Shown here in pieces: positions 14,941-24,147 of a DNA stretch of 32,000 nt. The stretch is from assembly GCA_030600695.1 (NCBI GenBank), contig JAUVLO010000004.1, forward strand, positions 1 to 32,000. The letters are read 5' to 3'. Each line of letters opens with the position of its first letter. Positions within the stretch are counted from its first letter, which is position 1. This DNA is from Methanosarcinales archaeon (lineage in GTDB: Archaea > Halobacteriota > Methanosarcinia > Methanosarcinales > Methanocomedenaceae). Both the position numbers and the translations under genes were made by a program. The notes beneath the pieces are model-generated. The model was not told the origin of the DNA. It made no database searches and saw nothing but the letters and a program-made list of their open reading frames with translations.

Positions 14941-15267
14941 ACAGGGTTAGATGAAGTTGTGGGCAGGACTGATGATATGCCGATGGTGCAGGGTATTAAT
15001 GTATTTCCTTTCGGGATAGAGGGTATGCTGGTGGGCATTCTTGGGGTGGGCGATCGGTTCCGGGTTGTTATTGACCGCAAGCGGTATGAACTGGATTAGG
15101 CACATATCAGGGTGGAGCTGACCGAAAGGGGTTTTACTGGTGAGCTTAAGGAGGCGTGGGGGGTGATGTGTAGTGTGGAGGATAAGCTGAAGGCTGTGCT
15201 GGATATTAGGAGAGTGGTGGAACTGGTTGAGAGGGGGGTTATTTCGAGGATTGTAGGGGAGAGGTAG
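14941..15267 (+). pseudogene. C-terminal remnant of a phenylacetate-CoA ligase (PaaK/F390 synthetase-like) adenylate-forming enzyme
   Basis: GLDEVVGRTDDMPMVQGINVFPFGIEGMLVGILGVGDRFRVVIDRKRYELD, then TAG at 15097-99, then in frame AHIRVELTERGF...KLKAVLDIRRVVELVERGVISRIVGER*. This matches the GRxDDM...GxNxFPxxIE...VxxV C-terminal subdomain. The N-terminal ~300 aa are absent. Confidence 0.55.
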
Positions 15268-15306
15268 AGGGTGGTGGAGATGAGGGGGGGATATTTGAAA
15301 CCTGGT

Positions 15307-16476
15307 TCAGAATGCCCTGGTCATATCAGGCCGTTTCATTAACAGGGCGACCATTATACCTGTGAATATGCCTGCACACACAGATACAATGAAACCCCCT
15401 ACCAGCAACATGGGATCGATAGCAGGACTGACGTTGAAACCGATAACCCTGGTAAGCATATTGTTCAAAAACACTTTTCCGACCACGGCCAGCAGCACTC
15501 CTATGAGACCTCCCCCTGCTGAAAGGAACAATGATTCATAGAATACTGATTTTAAAATGGAAATTCTTGAGATGCCGATGGCACTCATTACTGCCATATC
15601 ACCCTCCAGTTCACTGACCGACATCACCATAGTTGTGCCGATAAACAACATCCCGAGGATAAAAGAAACCAGGGCTGTGGCTGCTGCTGTTGCCAGGATG
15701 CGCTTGTCACTTACTATTTTGAAAGCAGTATATTCAGAACCTGATAATACAAGATGGTCAGGGTACAGTTTTTCCAGCAGGGGTCCTGCATCAGGCCCCT
15801 CGACCAGTATCTGGTCTGCCCTGTCACCTTCAAGGTTTCCGGTAATATACTGTAATTCAGATAGATGTATCACTACAACAGGAATTCCGGAATAATCTAC
15901 AGTGTCTATGATATTAACCACCCTGAAGCCTTTTGGAGATGCAAATATTCCGGTGGAAATGTCAAGGTTCAACCGGTCGCCCACACCCAGTCCAAGGAGG
16001 GCTGCCATCTGCCTGTTAATAACAGCTTCATCGGTCCATCCTCCTCCAAAAAAGTATGGGTCACCGCCTGTAAAACCGCTTGCTGCAAATGGCATGATAT
16101 CAATTGCACCCGGGATCACACCCATTGCAAGTACTACACTGGTCTCATTTGGATCATTGGCATATGCATATACCACCCTGTTCAACACAGGACTTGCCCC
16201 TTTGACCCCGGGGTCAAGGAACAGGGTCTCAATCTCACTGTGGACATCACCCAGCATGGTCTGCCCCGAACCTAATACTGGGTCCAGGATGTCCGAATCA
16301 GCGGGCACCACCCAAAAATCGATGGAACCTGAGGCATCGCTGTTCTCTTTCAGTCCCAGGCTTACCGAAGTCAGCAGTATCATAAGGGCGATGGCAACAC
16401 CGATCGCTGTCATGGTAAAAAGTGTCCGGTATCGACGGCGGTACAGGTTCTTCAACGACATCTTCAGGTATGTCAC
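15307..16476 (-). CDS. ABC transporter permease, FtsX/MacB-like
   Basis: 389 aa with an N-terminal TM helix, a large extracytoplasmic domain and a C-terminal 3-TM FtsX module. It overlaps the ATPase gene by 4 nt. Confidence 0.8.
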   Translation of the reverse strand: MTYLKMSLKNLYRRRYRTLFTMTAIGVAIALMILLTSVSLGLKENSDASGSIDFWVVPADSDILDPVLGSGQTMLGDVHSEIETLFLDPGVKGASPVLNRVVYAYANDPNETSVVLAMGVIPGAIDIMPFAASGFTGGDPYFFGGGWTDEAVINRQMAALLGLGVGDRLNLDISTGIFASPKGFRVVNIIDTVDYSGIPVVVIHLSELQYITGNLEGDRADQILVEGPDAGPLLEKLYPDHLVLSGSEYTAFKIVSDKRILATAAATALVSFILGMLFIGTTMVMSVSELEGDMAVMSAIGISRISILKSVFYESLFLSAGGGLIGVLLAVVGKVFLNNMLTRVIGFNVSPAIDPMLLVGGFIVSVCAGIFTGIMVALLMKRPDMTRAF

Positions 16477-17144
16477 TGCACGATTCTCCCGTCTTTGAGA
16501 TGAATGACCCTGTGTGCCCTGGAGGTCACTGATTTGTCATGGCTTACTATAATAATTGTCTGGAGGGATTCGCGGTTAATGGATTCAAATATGTCCAGGA
16601 TGCGTTCCCCTGTGACGGAATCCAGTTCACCTGTCGGTTCGTCGGCAAACACTATGGCCGGCCTGTTAGCCAGTGCCCTGGCAATGGCCACCCTCTGCTG
16701 TTCACCTCCGCTTAACTGGGAGGGGATATGGCGGGTCCGGCTGCCCAACCCCACCGATTCCAGCAAAGACTCGGTCCTTTCCCTTCGTTCTTTCCCAGGT
16801 ACACCGGCTTCACGCATAGGAAGTTCCACATTCTCGAAAGCGGTGAGAGTAGGAAGGAGATGGAACTGCTGGAATACGAACCCCAGTTGCCTGAGCCTGA
16901 GCTTAGCCAGTGCCTTTGAGGATAGCGTTGAAGTGTCTGTATTGTTGATATATATCTTACCAGAGGTGGGACGGTCGATGCAGCCCAGCATATGCAATAA
17001 GGTGGATTTGCCTGAACCGCTGGGTCCGTTAATGGCTACAAATTCTCCCTCCTCTATCGTGAGGTTCACATTTTGTAGGGCATCTATGGCGATATTGTTT
17101 ATCTTGTACCGTTTTGTGAGGTCAATGGTTTGTATTATGTTCAT
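16473..17144 (-). CDS. ABC transporter ATP-binding protein (LolD/MacB-type)
   Basis: Walker A GPSGSGKST, Q-loop, signature LSGGEQQRVAIARAL, and Walker B IVFADEPTGELD. Confidence 0.9.
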   Translation of the reverse strand: MNIIQTIDLTKRYKINNIAIDALQNVNLTIEEGEFVAINGPSGSGKSTLLHMLGCIDRPTSGKIYINNTDTSTLSSKALAKLRLRQLGFVFQQFHLLPTLTAFENVELPMREAGVPGKERRERTESLLESVGLGSRTRHIPSQLSGGEQQRVAIARALANRPAIVFADEPTGELDSVTGERILDIFESINRESLQTIIIVSHDKSVTSRAHRVIHLKDGRIVQ

Positions 17145-17210
17145 GTTAAATTTTTTATAATTGGTTATTACTGGAATATATATAGTTGGTTCTTTTCAAC
17201 TTTGTGTGGG

Positions 17211-17336
17211 TTAATTTAACTTACCATCCATACGATAAATGATAGTCACTCTGTATCTTTCGGTTTTGAATCGATACGATCTTTTGAATGCTGTTTTGAT
17301 TTTATTGATTTATCCTTCCACAATTCCATGATAATG
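17211..17336 (-). mobile_element. Degenerate C-terminal tail of a DDE transposase (ISL3-like signature) with an internal stop
   Basis: The minus frame reads HYHGIVEG*INKIKTAFKRSYRFKTERYRVTIIYRMDGKLN*. This resembles the EGxNNKIK..KRxxYGF..F..RI tail of ISL3-type transposases. There is no intact body, and the context is AT-rich and non-coding. Confidence 0.3.
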
Positions 17337-17515
17337 CTTATTTATTATTTTTCTTAGTTTATTGATTTTTTGATATTGCTATGTGATGCCCGGTAATACC
17401 ATTTATGAATATGTTTTATTTCCACATTCCCCTGAGTAAATATGGAGTTTTGATCCAACGGAACACGGCCCACTGTCAACCAGCTAATCAATATCATAAG
17501 CGGCATAATGGAATT

Positions 17516-17564
17516 TTGTGTTAACCACAACAAACACATTTTACAATATTGTGTTGACCACAAC
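17516..17564. promoter_or_regulatory. Two copies of a TTGTG-N5-CACAA palindrome spaced 33 bp apart
   Basis: ttgtgttaaccacaac lies at 17516-17531 and ttgtgttgaccacaac at 17549-17564. Both sit in the divergent region between the ABC operon and dph5. Confidence 0.35.
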
Positions 17565-17734
17565 TTTTTTACTTCAAGTAAATGCGAACGAACTGAGCAT
17601 TTTCTTGTTTCATTCCGAAAGTAATTGAACACTGTATCAAACCCCAGTTTCCAGGCCAACAAGACTACCCCAGGGAAGTACCACAACCATTACTCCCAGA
17701 AATCTTTATCCTGCCCCGCCCCAAAATTACCTCT

Positions 17735-18532
17735 ATGCTTACATTCATCGGCATTGGCCTCTATGACGAAAAAGACATATCTGTCAAGGGCCTGGAAGCC
17801 ATCCGCAGCGCAGATCATGTATATGCTGAATTCTACACTTCGGCCCTTATGGGTACCACCATCAGGGAAATGGAAGCCCTCTATGGCAGGGAAATAACCA
17901 TACTGGGCCGTGAGGATGTGGAACAGCAGCCCGAATGGCTGCAACGTGCCCTGACTGAAAAAGTAGTCTTCCTCACTGCCGGCGATGCCATGGTCAGCAC
18001 CACCCACGTAGACCTGCGCATGCGGGCCCATGAACTGGGTATCAAGACCTCCATCATCCACGGCTCATCCATCCTCAGCGCCGTACCCGGCCTTACCGGC
18101 CTGCAAAATTACCGCTTCGGCAAATCCACAACAATCCCGCATCCGTACATCCATAAAGAGCGGACCATCATCTCCCATACCCCCTACGATATCATCAGGT
18201 CCAACCTGGATGGCGGCATGCACACCTTGGTCTTCCTTGATATCGACCCGGAAAAAGGATACATGACCATCAACCGGGGCTGTGAACTCCTGATGGAAGT
18301 GGATTCACAGCAGGACGAACCGGACCTGGAGCACCGCTTAATCATAGGTGTGGCAAGGGCCGGCTCCCCATCACCTGTAGTCGTAGCCCTGCCCATGGTT
18401 GAACTTGCAGATTACGACTTCGGTGGCCCCCTGCACATACTCGTGGTGCCGGCAGACCTTCATTTCATGGAAGCCGAAGCCCTGGTTAAACTTGCGGGTG
18501 CGCCAGAAGAGATACTGGATATGGGAAAATAA
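17735..18532 (+). CDS. dph5: Diphthine synthase (Dph5)
   Basis: MLTFIGIGLYDEKDISVKGLEAIRSADHVYAEFYTS... is the canonical tetrapyrrole-methylase-fold Dph5 N-terminus. Length is 265 aa. Confidence 0.9.
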   Translation: MLTFIGIGLYDEKDISVKGLEAIRSADHVYAEFYTSALMGTTIREMEALYGREITILGREDVEQQPEWLQRALTEKVVFLTAGDAMVSTTHVDLRMRAHELGIKTSIIHGSSILSAVPGLTGLQNYRFGKSTTIPHPYIHKERTIISHTPYDIIRSNLDGGMHTLVFLDIDPEKGYMTINRGCELLMEVDSQQDEPDLEHRLIIGVARAGSPSPVVVALPMVELADYDFGGPLHILVVPADLHFMEAEALVKLAGAPEEILDMGK

Positions 18533-18550
18533 AGCCCCAGCCGTCAACGA

Positions 18551-18581
18551 CCCCGGATTTCGCTAACGCTCAAATCCGGGG
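18551..18581 (+). terminator. Perfect 10-bp stem hairpin followed by a T-run, downstream of dph5
   Basis: ccccggattt-cgctaacgctc-aaatccgggg, with tttcttttttt about 25 nt further on. Confidence 0.35.
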
Positions 18582-18687
18582 CATCTTAGTCGATGCTCGG
18601 TGAAATTTCTTTTTTTAATTTTTATTAATTCTAAATAACATGAATATATATAAAAACTTAAGTAAAATGTAATAATACATTATATAA

Positions 18688-19611
18688 ATGAAATTCTTTG
18701 AATGGATGTGGGGGAAAATTGGTTGGTTTATCTCACTCACAATTGCCTCTTTGTTATCAATTACTGTTGTAAATATTCCAGATATTTTACTTAAATTTGA
18801 AATATTAATAGGTTTATTGGTATCAGGATTGTTTGTTCTGTTATTATTTTATAGTATTAATTTTCATCAAGATTATGAAAGGATAATGCTATCACAAAGA
18901 GTCCCGATGGATGCTTTTTTGAACAAAGTACATAAAAAAATAATATTTAATGATGTGACTTTTACAGAAAAACAGGCAGAAATTAGAATCTTTCGGGAAA
19001 TTTATAACAATATGATTGTTTCAAACGAAATTTATGACCGATTTAAAGTTAAAATATCTTCCAAGACTGATGTCCCTCATATTGAAGAAATTACAGTTAA
19101 AAGAGGAGATAAAACAATAGCACTAAATGAACTTGATAGTGATACTGTTAATCCAATACGTTGTTTTGAAATAGATAGTAATGATGTAGATCTTTCTGAT
19201 CCTTTAAAAAAGAAAATAGAATTTTTTGTGCCACTTCATTTAAAAGCAGGCAAAACTTGCGAATTTGAATTGATTTACCCTTCTAAAGCATATAAAAATG
19301 CCTTAGAAGGAAAAGAAGATTTTGTTCAATTACAAGTGAACCGTATTACAGAGGAATTAATATTAGAGGTAATATTAAATGGAGAAATGGAAAAAGAATT
19401 CAGATTGACTCCTTGTGTAGATGTAGATGGTACTAGATTGACACATAAGATTTTCGATGCATCTTTAGAACGAATGAAAAGAACGGAATCAAATTTAAAA
19501 GAACGACCAAAATATTATGACAATAATGTATTATGGAAAATTGAAAGACCAAAAATTGGTTATAATTATCGAATGTATTTTAGACTTTTACCAAAAAATA
19601 GACGTTCCTAA
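18688..19611 (+). CDS. Orphan protein with two N-terminal TM helices and a beta-rich soluble domain, in an AT-rich islet
   Basis: 307-aa ORF with Lys/Asn/Ile-rich codon usage, clearly more AT-rich than its neighbours. No family recognised. Confidence 0.6.
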   Translation: MKFFEWMWGKIGWFISLTIASLLSITVVNIPDILLKFEILIGLLVSGLFVLLLFYSINFHQDYERIMLSQRVPMDAFLNKVHKKIIFNDVTFTEKQAEIRIFREIYNNMIVSNEIYDRFKVKISSKTDVPHIEEITVKRGDKTIALNELDSDTVNPIRCFEIDSNDVDLSDPLKKKIEFFVPLHLKAGKTCEFELIYPSKAYKNALEGKEDFVQLQVNRITEELILEVILNGEMEKEFRLTPCVDVDGTRLTHKIFDASLERMKRTESNLKERPKYYDNNVLWKIERPKIGYNYRMYFRLLPKNRRS

Positions 19612-19705
19612 TTCCCGTCTTCCTCTTCAAAAAAGGATAAAAAATTATTACATATCATCATAACCTACCACCTTTGTATATTATCAATTTAATCTAAGTA
19701 CTGCT

Positions 19706-19745
19706 TAGTATTTACTAGTATTTATTAGTATTTACTAGTATTTAA
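19706..19745. repeat. Tandem repeat, 4 x 10 nt
   Basis: tagtatttac tagtatttat tagtatttac tagtatttaa, about 95 nt downstream of the orphan gene. Confidence 0.85.
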
Positions 19746-20029
19746 TTTTGTGTTCCTATTCGAGGGGCCACATTTTAAAAATTTGTTTTATACCAATCAA
19801 AGTCATATGTCAAATTAAAAATAATTTAATACCCATTTCTACTCCGAGCATGAACCACCCATCCCGCAATAACTATCCTCGTACTAACAGTACAGGGTCT
19901 TCGTATTCTTAAATACTCCCATTTGACCCACAGGTTCCTACGCCTGCCGTAACAATTTTCCACCTCGCTTAAAATGTTTATATAAGCTTTAACAAAGTAC
20001 CATCCACCAGGTCACGCCTACAGTTTAAC

Positions 20030-20593
20030 CTAACCTTCACCTGGCAAGGGCACCTCAGAAGATTCCTCTGCCCCTGATTTTTTTAAGTCCCTGCTGTTAT
20101 ATTCGTGTTCCATTATACCTTCCTTGAGGATGATCACATAATCGGCAGAATTCTTCAGGGCAATAGACAGCCCGGGCTCGGCACCGAATAGTATAGTCTC
20201 CTTGCCGTGCTCATTGGCCTTGGACAGCAAGGGTTTGAAATCCGCATCCCTTGTCACCAGTGCAATGGTATCGATCACCGGACTGAACACCAGTTCCATA
20301 CCTTCTACCGCCAGCCTTACATCTACATCACTGGTACAAATGATCGGCTCTAAACCCTGGGTCTCAATTGCTTCCACCAGTTTATCAGATGCATACTGGT
20401 TTAAAAATACCCTGCCAATCTTGATACTGCCATAATCCTTGAGAACATCCCGTATCTCTTCAAGGTTGATCTGGAACTCCTTCCTGAGCATATTCGGTCC
20501 GTCTACAAGCAGGGCGATCTTTCGCCGCCCTTTCTCCTTCTTGGAACCAAGATAATTGCGAATGGATTCAAAACCACTTTTCATAGGCTTCAT
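20030..20593 (-). CDS. NYN-domain (LabA-like, TIGR00288-type) putative RNase
   Basis: KIALLVDGPNMLRKEF...IKIGRVFLNQYASDKLVEAI...ICTSDVDVRLAV...LVTRDADFKPLL is the NYN/LabA acidic motif pattern. Confidence 0.8.
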   Translation of the reverse strand: MKPMKSGFESIRNYLGSKKEKGRRKIALLVDGPNMLRKEFQINLEEIRDVLKDYGSIKIGRVFLNQYASDKLVEAIETQGLEPIICTSDVDVRLAVEGMELVFSPVIDTIALVTRDADFKPLLSKANEHGKETILFGAEPGLSIALKNSADYVIILKEGIMEHEYNSRDLKKSGAEESSEVPLPGEG

Positions 20594-20689
20594 TTGTAAT
20601 CCTCTAATAAACTAAATACTGGATTTATGTGCTAATAAACTTGATAATTGAAAGGAATCTACACGATTGTAAATAAGTTTCAATTTTTT

Positions 20690-21487
20690 TCATTGTTTTT
20701 TTAGGTCAAAAACCCATCGACTTACTCCTGGTGCCACATTACCACACCTGCGATAGAAGACCACATCAAACCCATTATCCTGGTACTCTTTCAACAGTTC
20801 CTGTATCTGGTACTGTTTTTTGAACGTGTAGAAATGCACAATTCCCCCCTGTTCCACAAGTCCGGATATCTCATACAGGAAATGGTCCATCCCGTAAGGA
20901 ATAGGAAGTACAGCCCTGTGGAAACTGCACCTGAACATATTGGGAATATGGGATGCATCCCCGCAAATAACGGATACGTTCGTATCGACCCGGTTCAACT
21001 TCACATTCCCTGCCAGCCACTTACACGCCTTTTGGTTCTTTTCAACAGCCACAACACACGCACCTCTTGAGGCGGCTGGCACAACATAGGGACCCACACC
21101 GCAAAATGGTACCAATATGCGCTCACCGCCCCTGACCTGGGACGCTACCCTGAAACGTTCGTATGAAAGATGTGGGTTAAAAAATACCTCATTTACATCT
21201 AACCGGTAGCGAAACCCGTATTCCCTGTGTTCGGTCCTTGTAGTAGTACCTGATAGTATCTCATATCTTCCCACCCTGTCCTCCCCTTCCAGCATGGATA
21301 CTTTGTTAAGCACTGTCCCGATGTTGCCGTGTTTTGAGATAATTGCCTGTGCTATTAGTGCTTTATAGTCATCCAGTCCCTGTGGTATAGAGATAATGGC
21401 TATATTGCCAATGATATCAAAACTGTTGGGCACCAGGTGTAACAATGGTTCAGGTACTATACATTCCATGCGGGTTTTCAGGGTCAT
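20690..21487 (-). CDS. Trm5/Taw2 (Met-10+) family tRNA methyltransferase/aminocarboxypropyltransferase
   Basis: FDIIGNIAIISIP, EHREYGFRYRLDVNEVFFNPHLSYER, and the SAM motif ILVPFCGVGPYVVPAA. The short length (265 aa) favours Taw2-like, but I cannot discriminate. Confidence 0.7.
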   Translation of the reverse strand: MTLKTRMECIVPEPLLHLVPNSFDIIGNIAIISIPQGLDDYKALIAQAIISKHGNIGTVLNKVSMLEGEDRVGRYEILSGTTTRTEHREYGFRYRLDVNEVFFNPHLSYERFRVASQVRGGERILVPFCGVGPYVVPAASRGACVVAVEKNQKACKWLAGNVKLNRVDTNVSVICGDASHIPNMFRCSFHRAVLPIPYGMDHFLYEISGLVEQGGIVHFYTFKKQYQIQELLKEYQDNGFDVVFYRRCGNVAPGVSRWVFDLKKQ

Positions 21488-21581
21488 TTAACTTGCTCTG
21501 TATTTTGGCGGCTAAATATATTAGCTTGCATATTAGCTTGCATCCAAATGATTTTATTATAACAAAACATCAGGTAGTTCG

Positions 21582-21962
21582 ATGAAATTATCTGACGATA
21601 TACGCGCTCAATTAAAATTTGATGATAAAGGGCTTATTACTGCCATAGCCCAGGACCACGAGACGAACGAGATACTCATGCTGGCTTTCATGAACCTTGA
21701 GGCCCTTGAAAAGACAGTGGAGACAGGTAAGGCGCACTACTTCAGCCGCAGCCGGGGCAAGCTCTGGCTCAAGGGCGAAAGTTCCGGTCATGTGCAGCTT
21801 GTGCACGATATGTACATTGACTGCGATGCAGACGCTGTATTGATAAAGGTTGAACAACTGGGCGGCGGTGCCTGCCATATGGGATATCGATCATGTTTCT
21901 ACCGCACGCTTGAGGGCGATGTGGTGAGCAAGAAGGTCTTTAATCCTGAAGACGTGTATTAA
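21582..21962 (+). CDS. hisI: Phosphoribosyl-AMP cyclohydrolase
   Basis: ...[56 protein letters not shown] is the HisI signature. Confidence 0.9.
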   Translation: MKLSDDIRAQLKFDDKGLITAIAQDHETNEILMLAFMNLEALEKTVETGKAHYFSRSRGKLWLKGESSGHVQLVHDMYIDCDADAVLIKVEQLGGGACHMGYRSCFYRTLEGDVVSKKVFNPEDVY

Positions 21963-21984
21963 TCATAAGAATGGGGGCAGGGAT

Positions 21985-23814
21985 ATGAAACTGGTACTTG
22001 ATACAAGCGTGATCATTGGAGGCCGTATTACTTCCCTTCTCGATGCCGGGGAATACAGGGATTCTACCATAATCGTGCCTGAGGCTGTGGTGGCCGAGAT
22101 AGAATCACAGGCAAACCGGCATCGTGAGTCCGGGTATAATGGACTTGAGGAACTGGGAAAGCTGCGTGAGATGGCAAATCTTGGCCAGATCGAACTCGAA
22201 TTTGCAGGAAAGCGGCCGGGTCCCGCACAGGTGGAACTGGCAAGAACAGGAGAGATCGATGCCATGATACGGCAGGTTGCACTTGACTGTGGTGCCACTT
22301 TCATGACCGGGGATCGGGTGCAGTCCATGATAGCTGATGCCAGGGGCCTGGAAGTCATATTCCTGCCTCCGGGGAAGACTGAGGCCAAAGCTACTGCCAT
22401 AGAGGAATTCTTCACACCTGACACAATGTCAGTGCATCTCAAGGACAATGTGGAGCCGCTTGCTAAAAAGGGTTCCATCAAGGATATCCAGCTTACCAGG
22501 ATAGGTGATACCCCCTGCACTGAGGATGAGCTCAGGTCAATGGCCAGGGAACTTATCGAAAGGACAAAAAGGGACCCTGACAGCTTCGTAGAGATGGAAT
22601 ACGACGGTGCGACAGTGCTCCAGCTTGGGAACATGAGAATCGCAATCGCTTCCCCGCCCTTTTCGGACGGCATGGAGATTACTGCGGTGCGCCCGGTGGC
22701 ATTGGTGTCCATGGACGATTACAGGATGGCAGGGGAACTGAAGCAGCGACTGGCAGGCCTGCAGCGTGGTGTACTTATAGCAGGTCCGCCGGGAGCTGGA
22801 AAATCCACATTCGCCGCAGGGGTGGCAGAGTTCCTGCAAAGCTGCAGCAAGATCGTCAAGACAATGGAATCCCCCAGGGACCTGTCAGTAGAAGATGCAA
22901 TTACCCAGTATTCGCCGCTGGAAGGGAGTATGGAGAAGACAGCAGATCTGCTGCTGCTTGTCAGGCCCGATTATACTATTTACGACGAGTTGCGCAAGAC
23001 CTCGGATTTCCAGGTGTTCGCTGATATGAGGCTGGCCGGAGTGGGCATGGTGGGCGTGGTTCATGCCAACAGGCCAGTGGATGCTATCCAGAGGCTTATC
23101 GGCAGGGTGGATCTGGGTATGATACCCCAGGTGGTGGATACGGTGATATTCATTGACAAGGGAGAAGTGGCCAGTGTGCAGGATATCAAGTTCACTGTAA
23201 AAGTGCCTCATGGTATGACCGAATCCGACCTGGCTCGCCCGGTGATCACGGTGACGGACTTTGAGAGCGACAGGACCGAGTTTGAGATATACACATACGG
23301 CGAACAGGTAGTGGTAATGCCCACAGCCGGAACCCAGGAGGCTGTCCCTTCTGCATGGGGACTGGCTGCAGAACGTATACGCGATGAGTTTCGCCGTAAG
23401 GTGCACGGGCCTGTTAAGGTTGAATTGAGCGGGGATGACAGGGCGACCCTGTGGGTCAATGATATTGACATCCCTAAAGTGATTGGCAAGGGCGGAAGGA
23501 ACATCGAGATGATGGAAAAAAGACTGGGCATCCATATAGATGTTAGACCCCTTGACAGCAGCCATGTGCCGGTGGAAGGGGAGTTAAGGAAAACAATTGT
23601 TCCTGAAATCTCAATGAAAAAGAAACACATAATATTAAAATCGTCCGGAGTGCCCGGGGCGGATGTGGAAGTGATGGTGGAGGGAGACGTTATCTTTACT
23701 GCTACTGTGGGGCGAAAAGGTGATATAAGGATTGTCAGGGATTCTGATATTGGTGGCCGGTTACAGGAAGCATTGCGCGATGACCTGGAGATCAGTATCC
23801 GGACAATCAGCTGA
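21985..23814 (+). CDS. PIN domain - PilT-like ATPase - KH domain protein (COG1855-type archaeal ATPase)
   Basis: N-terminal PIN (KLVLDTSVIIGG...), Walker A GPPGAGKST, and a C-terminal KH-like IPKVIGKGGRNIEMMEKRLG. Confidence 0.85.
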   Translation: MKLVLDTSVIIGGRITSLLDAGEYRDSTIIVPEAVVAEIESQANRHRESGYNGLEELGKLREMANLGQIELEFAGKRPGPAQVELARTGEIDAMIRQVALDCGATFMTGDRVQSMIADARGLEVIFLPPGKTEAKATAIEEFFTPDTMSVHLKDNVEPLAKKGSIKDIQLTRIGDTPCTEDELRSMARELIERTKRDPDSFVEMEYDGATVLQLGNMRIAIASPPFSDGMEITAVRPVALVSMDDYRMAGELKQRLAGLQRGVLIAGPPGAGKSTFAAGVAEFLQSCSKIVKTMESPRDLSVEDAITQYSPLEGSMEKTADLLLLVRPDYTIYDELRKTSDFQVFADMRLAGVGMVGVVHANRPVDAIQRLIGRVDLGMIPQVVDTVIFIDKGEVASVQDIKFTVKVPHGMTESDLARPVITVTDFESDRTEFEIYTYGEQVVVMPTAGTQEAVPSAWGLAAERIRDEFRRKVHGPVKVELSGDDRATLWVNDIDIPKVIGKGGRNIEMMEKRLGIHIDVRPLDSSHVPVEGELRKTIVPEISMKKKHIILKSSGVPGADVEVMVEGDVIFTATVGRKGDIRIVRDSDIGGRLQEALRDDLEISIRTIS

Positions 23815-23859
23815 AAATTGATAATTGATATATATAATAACTACAATACTTTTGATACT

Positions 23860-24000
23860 ATGATGCGTTATTGTCCGGAATGTGAAGGAAAAATGAACTT
23901 GTTCAGGTATCCTACAATGAAACGGTTTGACCACCTGGGTCGAAAACTTGTTATTTACAAATGTGTTGAATGTGGACATGAAGTAGAGTATGCAGAATAA
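23860..24000 (+). CDS. Small C4 zinc-ribbon protein
   Basis: MMRYCPECEGKMN...YKCVECGHEVEYAE has two CxxC pairs. The ATG at 23860 lies within track ORF 23818..24000. Confidence 0.45.
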   Translation: MMRYCPECEGKMNLFRYPTMKRFDHLGRKLVIYKCVECGHEVEYAE

Positions 24001-24049
24001 TGCTGTTACTTTGTTCAAAAAAATAATCTGTCCGCTATCTATCACTTTA

Positions 24050-24103
24050 GATGTTAATTAGCTATAACTGATGTTGAATAAATAACAGATGTTGAATAAT
24101 CAG
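24050..24103. repeat. Tandem repeat, about 3 x 18-20 nt
   Basis: gatgttaattagctataact / gatgttgaataaataaca / gatgttgaataatcag. Confidence 0.7.
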
Positions 24104-24147
24104 TATTAGCAAAAATAACTACAGGCAGCCGGAAATGAAGTTGGCTG

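Noticed and set aside
15097-15099. In-frame TAG as a pyrrolysine/read-through codon (also the TAG at 11143-11145)
   Set aside because: TAG is used as the ordinary stop of several confident genes in this window (hicB, pth2, and the 2777..3661 gene). No pyl genes are visible. Both host genes are truncated remnants, so a nonsense mutation in a pseudogene is the simpler reading.
15902-17160. + strand ORFs 15902..16498 and 16504..17160
   Set aside because: They are antisense to the ABC permease and ATPase genes and have no motifs.
17354-17686. 110-aa minus-strand ORF in the ABC/dph5 spacer
   Set aside because: The region is AT-rich, and the peptide is Trp/Cys-rich and odd-looking with no motif. 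It overlaps the twin palindromes. It is probably a chance ORF or a decayed IS body.
21963-22712. 249-aa minus-strand ORF, plus 22885..23565 and 23208..23630
   Set aside because: They are antisense to the PIN-ATPase-KH gene, which has Walker A and KH motifs. The translations are Ser-rich low complexity.
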